A DNA stretch of 64,000 bases, from positions 124,001 through 188,000 of IMG/VR virus record IMGVR_UViG_3300005289_000052; one strand, given 5' to 3'. Positions 1 through 10,079 of the stretch are shown here, piece after piece. The translations under genes and the position numbers were made by a program. Numbering within the stretch: position 1 is the stretch's first letter; the number at the start of each line of letters is the position of its first letter. Under the pieces are notes generated by a model. The model saw only the letters and a list, made by a program, of their open reading frames with translations, searched no databases and was not told the origin of the DNA.

Positions 1-771
1 ATGAAATTCGCACGTAGCATTCCAAACGTGTTGGTTTACACTTCTGGGTCTGGTGCTCAAGCTATCGTTTCTTCTTCCCAAGTTCCAGGCGGGGTTGTGG
101 CGGGAGTTGAGTATTACATCGAATGGTGCATTGACATGCCTAACGGAATGTACAGAGCGCGTATTGATGGTGTAGAGGTGACACCCGTTGCGATTGGTGC
201 TAGCGTTAAGACCTACCTGCTCCAGGGCGTTCAGTATTTGATGTACGGTAGCTGGAATACGACCGTCAGCGCAGCAGTCGACATCTATCTTCGAGATGGT
301 TACGTTCTCGAGAAAACACCCGACGGATTGATGAGTAGTTGGTTGGGTCCACAGCGTGTTCGTCGTCTTCCAGTAGCGGAGTTTGTAGCTCCTTGGGCAG
401 CCAGCAATGGTGCGGAACCCAAAGATGTTCTGAACACCCCAGTCACGACTGCTGCTAACCGCTTAACTCCGGTGGTTATTTCGGACAGCGACGTGACAGA
501 AGCAATCGTAAAGTTTGACACCTCTGTCATTCAAGGGAAAATCAATGGGGTGTCGATCAACACCTCTGCCACCAAACCAGGCGGTAAAGTTGGCAACGTG
601 GAGCTAGTTTTGTCTTCGGCTGGAGTAGACGGTGCTAAGACCACTATCGTCCCAACCACTGAGATGTTGATGTTCAGTCGCATCGGTCTTTCATCCAAGG
701 CACCAAACGGTAGTGCGTGGACTGCTGAGAACCTTGCCGCCGCCACTCTAAAACTCAAACCGGTAAACTAA
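1..771 (+). CDS. Putative tail-appendage/virion protein, beta-rich; may be 5'-truncated by the window
   Basis: 256-aa ORF from base 1. Paralogous to the next ORF (LGPQRVRRLPV..W.A..G..PKDVLN versus LGPIRIKRIPY..W.AVGGKTPKDILN). Confidence 0.55.
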   Translation: MKFARSIPNVLVYTSGSGAQAIVSSSQVPGGVVAGVEYYIEWCIDMPNGMYRARIDGVEVTPVAIGASVKTYLLQGVQYLMYGSWNTTVSAAVDIYLRDGYVLEKTPDGLMSSWLGPQRVRRLPVAEFVAPWAASNGAEPKDVLNTPVTTAANRLTPVVISDSDVTEAIVKFDTSVIQGKINGVSINTSATKPGGKVGNVELVLSSAGVDGAKTTIVPTTEMLMFSRIGLSSKAPNGSAWTAENLAAATLKLKPVN

Positions 772-781
772 GGGGTTTATA

Positions 782-1885
782 ATGAAAGACCTTAAACCCA
801 TTGGGGTTGAGCATTTACAAAACGGTCAATCGGTTGCTAGTTTACAGACTGGGCGAGGTTTGTTCGCTATCTGGGACATGGATACCATCAAGACCAACAG
901 CGCATACATGCCACTGGGTTTGTTCGTTCAAGGTAACCAGGTGCGCTACGGTTTAGGGAATGATGCGACTGGTGGTTCTGCCAATGGGATGGTGCAGATT
1001 GGTAACTTGGGTATGTGGGGAGACCGTTCCGACTTCCGGGTCTGTGTTTTTGGTTTCCGCTATAAACCTGGCAACAAATCCGGCATCGCCCAATTCGGCG
1101 TTAGGTTGGCACGGTTAACCGCTGACCAATCGGCAAACCCAGACAACATACTGCTCAGTATCCCAGCGAATTCGCCAGAAGGCTATTACGAAATCGTAAT
1201 TCGCCCTTACCTTAACACTGGTACGACTTACGGGGCGTCGGTCTACAAGGACGGTGATCTGATCAGTACGCCTGGTATTGTTTATACGCTTAATGCGTCC
1301 AGCTTTAAAAACGCATTCTTCTGCATCGGGTCTGCGGTCACTACTATGATGTCTTCAGCCAGCGCGTTGGCTGGCGACTACACATTCTCGATGGAAGACA
1401 TGTATACTGCATGGTCGAACGTCGGCGATGAAGATATTCGTCTGGGTCCAATCCGAATCAAACGCATTCCGTATGTATCGGTAGATCCTAGTGCCTGGAC
1501 TGCTGTGGGTGGTAAAACACCGAAAGATATTCTGAACTTGTCGGGTAATGGTGGTGCCCTTCGCACGGACTATCTGACTAACGACCCGGCCAATAGTTCG
1601 ATCAAATGTAAACTGGACGTCAGTGTACTTAAAGATATTGATCGTGTGGTAGCGTTAGGAGTCTCCTCTTCCGCTTGGCGGGATGGCGGGACGGTAGGTA
1701 GTCTGGGGGTTAAATGGAAACACCCTGATGGCGAAACTCTCCCTACTACCCATTCCCCGACTACTGGAATTTACCGTACTCAATTCGATGTCCTCAATCC
1801 GACGTTGATCACTACTCCGGGTGGGGCGGCTCTGACGAAGACTTCATTGGCTGCGTTGGAGTTGGTGGTCACCCCAAGCGCGTAG
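782..1885 (+). CDS. Putative tail-appendage/virion protein, paralog of 1..771
   Basis: 367 aa, SD-like AAGGGG upstream, shares C-terminal domain motifs with the preceding ORF. Confidence 0.6.
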   Translation: MKDLKPIGVEHLQNGQSVASLQTGRGLFAIWDMDTIKTNSAYMPLGLFVQGNQVRYGLGNDATGGSANGMVQIGNLGMWGDRSDFRVCVFGFRYKPGNKSGIAQFGVRLARLTADQSANPDNILLSIPANSPEGYYEIVIRPYLNTGTTYGASVYKDGDLISTPGIVYTLNASSFKNAFFCIGSAVTTMMSSASALAGDYTFSMEDMYTAWSNVGDEDIRLGPIRIKRIPYVSVDPSAWTAVGGKTPKDILNLSGNGGALRTDYLTNDPANSSIKCKLDVSVLKDIDRVVALGVSSSAWRDGGTVGSLGVKWKHPDGETLPTTHSPTTGIYRTQFDVLNPTLITTPGGAALTKTSLAALELVVTPSA

Positions 1886-1892
1886 GTGAACT

Positions 1893-2642
1893 ATGTCATT
1901 CAATCTTCGTAATGCTCCGACATACGCGGTCACCACAGAGCCTCAGCGCATTAACCTGCGCAACGCACCTGTGTACGCAGTTACCAAAGATGCTCCTGGG
2001 GTCGCTGTGCGATCTCTGGATCTCTCGGTTTTGGAGACCGTACCACCTGAAGTAATGATGCGTAGTCTCGACGCATTGGTCATGGAAGGAGTTGTTCCAT
2101 CCAGTTTGTTTTCGACCCTTAATGGGTTGGAAACTTTGAGGGCGGCGATCAAGAAGGAACTTGGTGTAGTCGTTAACGATGCGTTGGCAACGTTCGGTAA
2201 TCCCTTGGTTAATACTGGGGCCTACAACACTCGGGTTATCTTAACGGCTAACCCAGCGTCGGAATTTGGTGGCACTGTAGCTCTCCAGTACACTCGTTTC
2301 CCTCTGAGCGAAGCGTTCAAAGGAAAGGACACCAGTCAAGTCGTAGGAGCTGCAACTACTCTCCACGGACGCTTGGCTGCTATCAACGCGTTCTACGGTT
2401 TGAAGTTAGAACCGCGAGATGTAGTTGATCGAGTGTTGGTTCCAGACACCAAGAGCTTCACCTTGCGCATCACCAACGATAGTTACCTGTACGCCCCAAA
2501 CTCTACTGTGTTTATTGGATTGTTGGGTAACGACCTTGAACTGGAAATCGACAATAGTCAGATGAACGGTTTCGAGGAGATCAATGATCTCGAGTCCTGG
2601 ATCAAAGTCAGTGAGATGAATGGATTCACTCCAGCGACTTGA
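1893..2642 (+). CDS. Virion structural protein with N-terminal repeats, NT...Y.R paralog domain and duplicated MNGF tail
   Basis: 249 aa; YNTRVILTA..F.GTV.LQYTR; ends SQMNGF..SEMNGF. Confidence 0.65.
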   Translation: MSFNLRNAPTYAVTTEPQRINLRNAPVYAVTKDAPGVAVRSLDLSVLETVPPEVMMRSLDALVMEGVVPSSLFSTLNGLETLRAAIKKELGVVVNDALATFGNPLVNTGAYNTRVILTANPASEFGGTVALQYTRFPLSEAFKGKDTSQVVGAATTLHGRLAAINAFYGLKLEPRDVVDRVLVPDTKSFTLRITNDSYLYAPNSTVFIGLLGNDLELEIDNSQMNGFEEINDLESWIKVSEMNGFTPAT

Positions 2643-2676
2643 CGGCATAGAGGGAGGCCACCGCCTCCCCTTATGC
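2643..2676. terminator. Bidirectional hairpin terminator with TATGC(CG) on both arms
   Basis: CGGCATAGAGGGAGGC-CACC-GCCTCCCCTTATGC between convergent genes. Confidence 0.75.
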
Positions 2677-3126
2677 TCAGAGCTTACGGATCGTCAGATC
2701 CACGGCACCCAGGTAAACCCAGCTACCGTCTTTGGCGAGCAGTTGGAGCGTCTTGCTTTCACCAGCAGCCACCGGCAGGGTCGCATCTTGCTCGAAAGCC
2801 AGTTCACTGGCGATGAGTTTGTAGCGATCTGCAATCAGCGTGATAATGGAGGCCAGAGTGTCACCGGCTTGTAAGGTGTAGGTGGTCGACTTCACGATCT
2901 CCTCCACGTACAGGCGACGGTAGTTCAACGTCTGGGTTCCGTAGAACTCGTTGTTGAGGGTAGCCTCGACAGTGAGGGAAGAGTTCTTGACAGTGATGTC
3001 GCCGCTGCTGTCGATCTGCACCAGGTCTTTGATGACGAAATCATCGAGCGTAAACGACGTGCCGTTGGTCTCGTTGATCTGGTTGATGACGTTCTGAAGC
3101 GGACTTAAAGTGTGATCAACTAGCAC
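2677..3126 (-). CDS. Virion structural protein, same paralog family
   Basis: Start reassigned to GTG 3126 (AGGAG upstream); NSSLTVEA..FYGTQTLNYRRL motif. Confidence 0.65.
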   Translation of the reverse strand: MLVDHTLSPLQNVINQINETNGTSFTLDDFVIKDLVQIDSSGDITVKNSSLTVEATLNNEFYGTQTLNYRRLYVEEIVKSTTYTLQAGDTLASIITLIADRYKLIASELAFEQDATLPVAAGESKTLQLLAKDGSWVYLGAVDLTIRKL

Positions 3127-3231
3127 GTTGATACTCCTGTTGTAGTAGGGACGTCTATAACGATAGGTGCTCGGCGACGTATCATTTGACGGGAGCAATC
3201 CCACCCACTTTCTAAAGCAGGCGTCTTTGCC

Positions 3232-3762
3232 ATGTACCACATTGGAATGAAATCTGTAGAGCAGTTACTCGCTCTACTTAACGACACCAACGGGTTGTCG
3301 TTAACACTTGATGACATCCAGTTCAGTACTCCGGTTGTGCTGACCCCAGAGTCTCAGGTAGGCGACGACAATCCTGCCAACACTGAGATTCTGATTGTTG
3401 CCAAGCCTAATCGCAAGCCGATTGGTGAGGTAAAGGTTCGGTACGATCGGATTGATCTGGCTGACTTTGAAACTCTGCGTGACCCGACTGAGATCGAGGT
3501 TACACTCCCCCTGACCCATGCTCGATTAATGGAAGCTTTCAATATCCATTACGGTTCCGCTCTGGAACTGGAAGACATTGACGTCACCACTGTCCTACCT
3601 GAGGACATCGACGAGGAAACTTTCGTTGAGCTGAAAGCCTCTACAGGCTCGCTAGCTTATCGAGGAGAGATCCTACTGTCTGTGATCCCAGGTACGATCA
3701 AGCTCAGCAATGTGATCATTGTAAGAGCACTCAGTGGCCTTGAGTATATGGGTCGACCTTAA
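3232..3762 (+). CDS. Virion structural protein, same paralog family
   Basis: 176 aa; NTEILIVA..GEVKVRYDRIDL; ends LSNVI..LSGLEY. Confidence 0.65.
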   Translation: MYHIGMKSVEQLLALLNDTNGLSLTLDDIQFSTPVVLTPESQVGDDNPANTEILIVAKPNRKPIGEVKVRYDRIDLADFETLRDPTEIEVTLPLTHARLMEAFNIHYGSALELEDIDVTTVLPEDIDEETFVELKASTGSLAYRGEILLSVIPGTIKLSNVIIVRALSGLEYMGRP

Positions 3763-3764
3763 TG

Positions 3765-3791
3765 AAGGGGCCTTCGGGCCCTTTTATGCCG
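3765..3791 (+). terminator. Hairpin + TTTTATGCCG terminator
   Basis: GGGGCC-TTCG-GGCCCTTTTATGCCG just after the stop codon. Confidence 0.75.
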
Positions 3792-3861
3792 GAGTTTGTG
3801 TGTAATTTTTAATATCTTATGAGTAGGGCATAAGTCCTACTTCGTTTACCTGGAGATCCCC

Positions 3862-4368
3862 ATGAAAATCAATGTCGCAAAAACTGGTGCCGAGAACATT
3901 CTGGCCCTGGTACTGGACGCTAACCCAGGTCTGTCGCTGACCGCTGCCCAGTTCACTCTGGGTAACCCAAGCGCATTCGTGGGTACTGCTGGTCGTAACA
4001 CCCAAGTCACCCTGACCGCTGTTGAAGGTGAGGGCAAGACTGGCTCCAAAGTCATCGACTACACCCGTCTGAACCCAGTGACCGGCCCTAACGCTGGTCA
4101 AGCTGTGACTGGCGTGGAAACTGCGCTGGACGCTACTGACGTACAAGTCAAAGCTGCCCTGGTTGCTCTGTTCGGTCTGGTTGCTGCTGACGTTGTCGTG
4201 TCTGATCTGGTTCTGCCAGTTGACGCCGACACCGACGGTTCCATCACCCTGGCCGCTGGCGCCAACAGCCTGCTGTACGTTGGCTCCACCTCCGTGGTGC
4301 TGAAAGCTCCGGTCGACGATATCAGCGATATCGAAGGTCAGATGAACGGTTTCGAACCTGAAGCCTAA
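3862..4368 (+). CDS. Virion structural protein, same paralog family
   Basis: 168 aa, GGAG SD, strongly biased codons; NTQVTLTA..GSKVIDYTRL; ends GQMNGFEPEA. Confidence 0.7.
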   Translation: MKINVAKTGAENILALVLDANPGLSLTAAQFTLGNPSAFVGTAGRNTQVTLTAVEGEGKTGSKVIDYTRLNPVTGPNAGQAVTGVETALDATDVQVKAALVALFGLVAADVVVSDLVLPVDADTDGSITLAAGANSLLYVGSTSVVLKAPVDDISDIEGQMNGFEPEA

Positions 4369-4373
4369 GTAGT

Positions 4374-4410
4374 CGGCATAAAGGGAGGCCTTCGGGCCTC
4401 CCTTTATGCT
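4374..4410. terminator. Bidirectional terminator, TTTATGC on both arms
   Basis: GCATAAAGGGAGGCC-TTCG-GGCCTCCCTTTATGC, perfect inverted repeat. Confidence 0.85.
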
Positions 4411-4415
4411 GTCTG

Positions 4416-5063
4416 TCACAGGAAGTACAATTCCAGATGCTCTTTGATCTTCTCGAGGTTTTCAGCCACAGGAAGTTCTGCATCCAACACCAGCGAACGT
4501 TCAGTGGTGTGTGGGTGTCGCACTTGGAAACCTTCACGCACTGCATCATGGTACTCGATGCCTTTCAGCTCGATGCGGTCTTTGGCACGCACGAGATCAG
4601 ACTGACGAGCCATTGCCACACGAGGGTCGATATCGAGGAACACCACGAGATCAGGACGGAACCCTTTAAGAGCGATCTCTTCAACCTTGAGGAAGTCCAA
4701 CGTGTCTACCACAGAATCGTCCACAGCATGACATTGCATGGCGTAAGACGAATCGGTGTAGCGGTCGCTCAGTACGACGTTACCCAACTCAAGTTTCGGC
4801 TTGATCATCTCTTCGGTGTGTTGAATCCGACCAGCCATGAAGCAGAACAGTTCTGCCATTGGGTTGAACGGTTCGTCACGCCTTTTGAGCAGAAGCTCAC
4901 GAATCTCTTCAGCCAATTCTGTTCCACCCGGTTCACGGGTTTCTACCACATGGTTGGAGATACGAGTCCGCAGCCAGTTTGCCACCTCGATACGCATGGT
5001 GGTTTTGCCGCAGAAGTCAGGTCCTTCAAAAGCCATGAAGAACGGTTTAACTTGATTGCTCAT
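4416..5063 (-). CDS. tmk: Thymidylate (dTMP) kinase
   Basis: FEGPDFCGKTT P-loop, TREPGGT, LSDRY and PDLVVFLD motifs. Confidence 0.95.
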   Translation of the reverse strand: MSNQVKPFFMAFEGPDFCGKTTMRIEVANWLRTRISNHVVETREPGGTELAEEIRELLLKRRDEPFNPMAELFCFMAGRIQHTEEMIKPKLELGNVVLSDRYTDSSYAMQCHAVDDSVVDTLDFLKVEEIALKGFRPDLVVFLDIDPRVAMARQSDLVRAKDRIELKGIEYHDAVREGFQVRHPHTTERSLVLDAELPVAENLEKIKEHLELYFL

Positions 5064-6408
5064 TCTTGTCTGGTTCCAGGAAGAGAGTCAGGGACGTGTT
5101 GCTCGCATACCGCCGAGTTGTCGACCCTGTACCTTTGAGGTGAATATAGTCTTGAGTCATCGTGACCACACCAAACAGCTCCTTGGTTTCGCCACCCGCT
5201 TCGTACAGATAACGCACTGGCATTCCCGGATAGATCAAACTACCACGAGAGTTCTCCCACTTGACCTGCACAGGCTGGCCTTTGCGAGAAGAGATCTTGG
5301 ACAACGCAGACATCAGGTTGCTTGAGATCTTGTCAGCCGCTTGCACGACGTGGTTTAACCCGTTCTTGGCTTCTTCAAACAGCACCTCAGTAACGTTCTT
5401 CCCTCGGGAGAGAGTTGTTACGTTATCAATGGTTTTACCGAAGCTGTCGAAGATGGCTTTAGCATCCGTGAGACGGAAGCCGTTACCTTCACCAACTTGA
5501 CGAGCGTTAGACGAATCCACCGAACGAGTCGAACCAGTGGCCAGAATGATCAACTGGTTAGCCGTCTGACGGAACGTACGCTCTACCTCTGGGAAGCGGT
5601 TCTCAGGTACGTTGATTACCGTGAGGCCGCTAGGGGTAGCTTCGAAGCGTTGCGTGTTAAAGAGAGGCCATACATACCAAGAGCCTTGGTGTAGATAAAA
5701 ACCGATCTCACTGTTGTAGATGCCGCCACATTTATCTTGAATGTAGCTAGGCAGGGCTACCAAAGGCGTACCGTGTGGAATGACCACGTGGGCACGCTTC
5801 TCAGTGTTATCGGCCTCGACCATATCAATGGCTTCAATCGACAACCCACGCTCCAGAGGCATCTTGTTGGATTCATCTGCGAGCATGGATTGTAGCACTT
5901 GCCAAGGAGTGGCTTGCTTGAACACCCCACCAACCGTACAACCACGCAACCATTCAGTTACGTTGTCAATCAATTGGAAGTTGACTTTGATCACGTCACC
6001 CAAGTCACCCATCTGCACCGAATCGAGCATTGGTGAAGAACCTTCTTTCGCATGGTCCCGCACGTCCATCAAGATCGCAGTATAGATGAGGGTTTCAACT
6101 TGAGCATTGGCTGAAACCGTGTCAGAGATCTCTCCGATGTATTGGCGTTGGATTACTGCCTTGAGGTTATTCCGTTGAGGGAACACCTTCTGGCTATACG
6201 TACCAGCACCGAACACCACCTCCATCACGATCTCATCAGCAAAGCTTTGAGTGAAGTCTCGAACGATGTCCACCGACATGAACTTGAGTGGGGCTATCGT
6301 GTTACCGTCTGGTAACTGAAACCACATCTCGTACAAGTAGTGAACATCTTTAGGTCCATCCTTGGTGATCTTCGAGACCTCATTCATTAAGGTGCTTTTC
6401 TCGATCAT
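5047..6408 (-). CDS. Virion structural protein, probable baseplate-hub-like (phiKZ gp101 position)
   Basis: 453 aa; last of four coupled genes whose size and order fit the gp98-101 block as recalled. Confidence 0.55.
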   Translation of the reverse strand: MIEKSTLMNEVSKITKDGPKDVHYLYEMWFQLPDGNTIAPLKFMSVDIVRDFTQSFADEIVMEVVFGAGTYSQKVFPQRNNLKAVIQRQYIGEISDTVSANAQVETLIYTAILMDVRDHAKEGSSPMLDSVQMGDLGDVIKVNFQLIDNVTEWLRGCTVGGVFKQATPWQVLQSMLADESNKMPLERGLSIEAIDMVEADNTEKRAHVVIPHGTPLVALPSYIQDKCGGIYNSEIGFYLHQGSWYVWPLFNTQRFEATPSGLTVINVPENRFPEVERTFRQTANQLIILATGSTRSVDSSNARQVGEGNGFRLTDAKAIFDSFGKTIDNVTTLSRGKNVTEVLFEEAKNGLNHVVQAADKISSNLMSALSKISSRKGQPVQVKWENSRGSLIYPGMPVRYLYEAGGETKELFGVVTMTQDYIHLKGTGSTTRRYASNTSLTLFLEPDKNEQSS

Positions 6409-6977
6409 ACCGAAGCGCCTCGACGGATCAGTTGGTCAGCCAGACCTTCCACCATCATTGAGTGCTCCAGCGGGATCTCAGAAGCCACCTGAGCAGGTGT
6501 TGCCATGTCGCGACGGATAGCACGACGGTTCAAGCGATCCAGGCTACGGAACAAGCGAGAGCCGCTGACAGCCGTTTCAACATGCTGCCGTGCCATTGGG
6601 TAGATCATCGCTGCAAACTCTTCTAGCGTGCGCAGAGAGTCCACAGGGACCTGATCTCGAAGGCCTGGGTCTTTGTTGACCTCGTCTTGCCAGTCGTTGA
6701 TGTGCTCCAAGATCCATCCGTAGATCTGTTTGGATTCATCAGGGTTCACCAGCGCAATGGTTGCACCTTGAGCCATGTGATCTGCCATCTGGGCGACCGT
6801 CAAGTTAGCCTTTACCATGTTCTGGTAAGCTGCTGCGTCAACGGCGTCATCACCTGAGGAGTACAGACCAAACTTCTGCACGTACTCTTGCGAGTAGAGG
6901 TACATCTGTGGGATCAGGGCTTCCACGAAGTAGTGGAAGATCTTGTAGGCTGCGGTGTGATGCTTTTGTTCTAACAT
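6405..6977 (-). CDS. Conserved jumbo-phage protein (phiKZ gp100 position)
   Basis: 190 aa, overlapping start/stop with both neighbours. Confidence 0.55.
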   Translation of the reverse strand: MLEQKHHTAAYKIFHYFVEALIPQMYLYSQEYVQKFGLYSSGDDAVDAAAYQNMVKANLTVAQMADHMAQGATIALVNPDESKQIYGWILEHINDWQDEVNKDPGLRDQVPVDSLRTLEEFAAMIYPMARQHVETAVSGSRLFRSLDRLNRRAIRRDMATPAQVASEIPLEHSMMVEGLADQLIRRGASV

Positions 6978-8380
6978 CAGTAATCCCTCAAGCCAACCTT
7001 GATCAGGATCATCAACATTGGCACGTAATAGAACCGTTCCAGGTTAGACCAGTTCTTGGACGTACGAACCAAGTACAACAACACGGTCTTGTCGATGGCC
7101 TCGCCTTGCAACAAGTCCCACAACAGCTTCTCAAGCTTGGAGAACCCTTCTGGAGTGTTCTCGTAGAAAGCTCGGGACAGGACGTAGTAGTCATCCTTGT
7201 TGACACGGTGAATGTCAGGCAGTGCCGCAATCCCTACAGCTTCCTCAGAGGCCGTATGGAAGCCTTTCATCTCTGTCTGCACCAACACACGCCGTAAGTC
7301 GTTATAACGCGACTGGCCGCCTAATAGACGCCCTGGAACCAGAGGATCGTTGTACAGCTCCTGACCATCTACGTGACGCAGGGTAGAACGCTCCGTAGGG
7401 AACACTACTTCCTGCACACCGCTGTAATAGATGCCGTCAAACAGAGGACTCTCGTCGAACTGTCGGAAGGATACCAGTCCAGCAGTCTGGAAGCACAGAT
7501 CAACCATGTCACCATCGGCAGCAATCAAGCAGGTCCAAAGGTTGTTCTCTTTGTACCGGATCGAACGGTCAGTGTTGAGCGCGCGGATCTTCATGATGGT
7601 GTTGTTGTCGGTGTTATCCAACGTCGACAGGAAAGCGGTGACGAAGAACGGGTCGTAGCACACTGTCGGGATGCCATCGGTTTCTTGGTCAGGCAGAATC
7701 AGCGTAGCGTACTCGGTGTTATAGAAGTCGACCAGATACTGGTTCAACATCTTTTTGTAACCGGCGTTCAGAGAAGCGAGTTGTTCAAACTCACTGGTGG
7801 CGATCACTGGGTTCTGACCGTAGTAAATGAAGTCACGAACGAACGTGGTATCCTTCACTACTTTGCGACCGAGATCGTCCCGGTACTGCTTGGTCAGGTA
7901 ATCACGCATGACGTAGTCGATGGTGTAGACTGCGTCTTTGAACACTGCTTTCTTTTCAGAGCGAGTGATCGTGAACACACCTACTTGACCATCACCCACG
8001 TCAGCGAGGAAGATGTCGCCTTGGTTAGGTTTGGTGCCTCCGTAGATGGTAGCCGAACCGTTGATCACCGTATTGCGATCTGCGTCCTGTTGCTGATACG
8101 TCAGCGGTGAGGTCACCTTCAATTCCAAGTGACGAATCAACTTGTATTGTTGGTACACCGCTTTCTGCGTCAATTGCAGGTCGGATGTTTCGTTGTCCAG
8201 ATCGAGGATCTGGTTGTAGTAGTCAACGGTCCAGCTAGCACCTTCAACGTGCGTCAGTAACGCAGTCTGAGGAATGTAGCGAGAGTCGACCACCTGATTG
8301 CGGACTTCGGGAGCCACAGCAATCGGTTCAACCGGTTTAGCCTTGGGGGGCAAACCCTTGTTGGAATCTAAGATTGGCAT
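6977..8380 (-). CDS. Virion structural (putative neck) protein (phiKZ gp99 position)
   Basis: 467 aa, coupled to neighbours; synteny. Confidence 0.55.
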   Translation of the reverse strand: MPILDSNKGLPPKAKPVEPIAVAPEVRNQVVDSRYIPQTALLTHVEGASWTVDYYNQILDLDNETSDLQLTQKAVYQQYKLIRHLELKVTSPLTYQQQDADRNTVINGSATIYGGTKPNQGDIFLADVGDGQVGVFTITRSEKKAVFKDAVYTIDYVMRDYLTKQYRDDLGRKVVKDTTFVRDFIYYGQNPVIATSEFEQLASLNAGYKKMLNQYLVDFYNTEYATLILPDQETDGIPTVCYDPFFVTAFLSTLDNTDNNTIMKIRALNTDRSIRYKENNLWTCLIAADGDMVDLCFQTAGLVSFRQFDESPLFDGIYYSGVQEVVFPTERSTLRHVDGQELYNDPLVPGRLLGGQSRYNDLRRVLVQTEMKGFHTASEEAVGIAALPDIHRVNKDDYYVLSRAFYENTPEGFSKLEKLLWDLLQGEAIDKTVLLYLVRTSKNWSNLERFYYVPMLMILIKVGLRDY

Positions 8381-9885
8381 TAGGGTTTTCCTCTCTTAGC
8401 GATGATACCGGTAACGCCTACCGTGTACATCCGTCTGACTTGGGATTCCTTCTTCTTGTTGATGAGGTCTTTCAGCCAATCGATTGGGAAGATCTCACCG
8501 CCAATGAGTGGAGGTAGGGGTTTCTTACGAGGGTACAGAGTCTTGATGACTTCGATAGCGAACTCACCTTCCTTACGGATACGATCAATGGCCTCTGGAC
8601 TCAGGACTGACAGATCAGTCACGATAGCGAAACGCAAGTGGTACACGTAACGCGGGTTGAGATCCACTGACGCAGTCAAGTTGCCATCTGCATCCATGAT
8701 GACCGTACCGTCTGGCATCGGCTTACCCCAACGGTACAAACCGAAGTGGAAGATCGAATCGTACAGGCGGTTGATATACGGCCACTCTTTCTTCAAGAAC
8801 TTCAAGGTAGCAGGACTGAATTCAAAGTCCCCCAGCTCGGAGATGTTGAAGAGTTCACCACGATCCTCACCAACACCCACCAGGACGTCCAGCATGCTCG
8901 CTGTGCGCGAGTGCGTCCATTCAGGTACCCAGTCATCGAAGACGGGAATACGGTTGCCCTGGAGCGGCTGAGCGCGTTCCTTATAGAGGTTGGTGAACTG
9001 ATCGTAGTAGTAACGATCGTTAGCAGGTCGGCGAGCTTGTTTGATCAGCTCGTATACCGAGTACTCACTGCGGTACTTGACGTCAATCAGTTGGTTGTGG
9101 ATACAGACTGGGTAATGGAATTGAACACCCACTACTTTGTCGTACTGGAACGTGTAATCGAATCCAGTTTCCCACGGAGCACCATCACCAGCCTTAGAAC
9201 CTTTCTCTGGCTGCGCTACGAAGTTAAAGCCACCGACGATACCTACTTGACGCTCAGTGATTGCCATGATGGGCTGAGTGCCTGCTTGGGTAGTCAGTTG
9301 GGTAGCGCGACCAGTGATGTGGTCCTTCACCCACTTACCGAGTTCTTCACCGTAAGGTTCCACTCGCTCACGCATCTCAAAGATCTCGTGAAGAATGATT
9401 GCCACCACGTCAGGGACAGGATAGTGGTAGTCCATTTGATGGAGTAGTTCTACCCGACCTTGTGAACTGCGTACTCGAAACTCATCACGCCACCGCTCTG
9501 CCATGGTTCGGTCTGGGGCACGGTAACGGAAGTTGATAGTCACTTCACATTGTACGTAGATCGGCTTAACGTAAACGTCGAGCTTCTGGTCGTAGAAAAT
9601 AAAAGGTACGTTGGGCCGCTTCACTGCACTCGACAGTGTGCGGTCTTCAATGTACTGTTCGTCGGCTTCGATGTTGATACGACCATTGAACGGGAACTTG
9701 TTCTGAATCCCGTTGGTCGTCATCGTAGAGCCTGGTTGGAATTGAGACTCGGCTGCTCCGAAGAACTCAAAACCCGTATCCTCAGGAAGCCTCATAATGC
9801 CAATGAGCTGTTTCGCTACCTGGACAATAGCTGGACGGGTAATGGAGTTATACGTCTCTGGTAGTTCAACGACAATATTGGGCAT
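8380..9885 (-). CDS. Virion structural (putative neck/tail-terminator) protein (phiKZ gp98 position)
   Basis: Start reassigned to ATG 9885 (MPNIVVELP) with GGAG SD; 501 aa. Confidence 0.55.
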   Translation of the reverse strand: MPNIVVELPETYNSITRPAIVQVAKQLIGIMRLPEDTGFEFFGAAESQFQPGSTMTTNGIQNKFPFNGRINIEADEQYIEDRTLSSAVKRPNVPFIFYDQKLDVYVKPIYVQCEVTINFRYRAPDRTMAERWRDEFRVRSSQGRVELLHQMDYHYPVPDVVAIILHEIFEMRERVEPYGEELGKWVKDHITGRATQLTTQAGTQPIMAITERQVGIVGGFNFVAQPEKGSKAGDGAPWETGFDYTFQYDKVVGVQFHYPVCIHNQLIDVKYRSEYSVYELIKQARRPANDRYYYDQFTNLYKERAQPLQGNRIPVFDDWVPEWTHSRTASMLDVLVGVGEDRGELFNISELGDFEFSPATLKFLKKEWPYINRLYDSIFHFGLYRWGKPMPDGTVIMDADGNLTASVDLNPRYVYHLRFAIVTDLSVLSPEAIDRIRKEGEFAIEVIKTLYPRKKPLPPLIGGEIFPIDWLKDLINKKKESQVRRMYTVGVTGIIAKRGKP

Positions 9886-10034
9886 GTCGGGTCTCCAGTG
9901 TAAGATCATAGGATACCCAGAGAACAACAGCATAAGGACCAGCCCATAAGGCTGGCTATATTGGGAATAAAGAGCCCCTGGACAACAGCAGTGTTTTAAG
10001 GGCATTTGATACGGTTAGGTAATAGGAAAATACC

Positions 10035-10075
10035 AAAAAAAAACACCCCTAGACAAGCGGGTGTTTCTTATGCCG
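10035..10075. terminator. Hairpin with U9 on the minus strand and TATGCCG on the plus strand
   Basis: A9-CACCC..GGGTGTTTCTTATGCCG. Confidence 0.75.
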
Positions 10076-10079
10076 TCGC

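Noticed and set aside
9886-10005. N-terminal extensions in the ORF track (also at 3240, 12468, 14951, 15150, 43614, 45826, 53650, 55429)
   Set aside because: They run through promoters, terminators or neighbouring genes; downstream starts have better SD motifs or gene packing.
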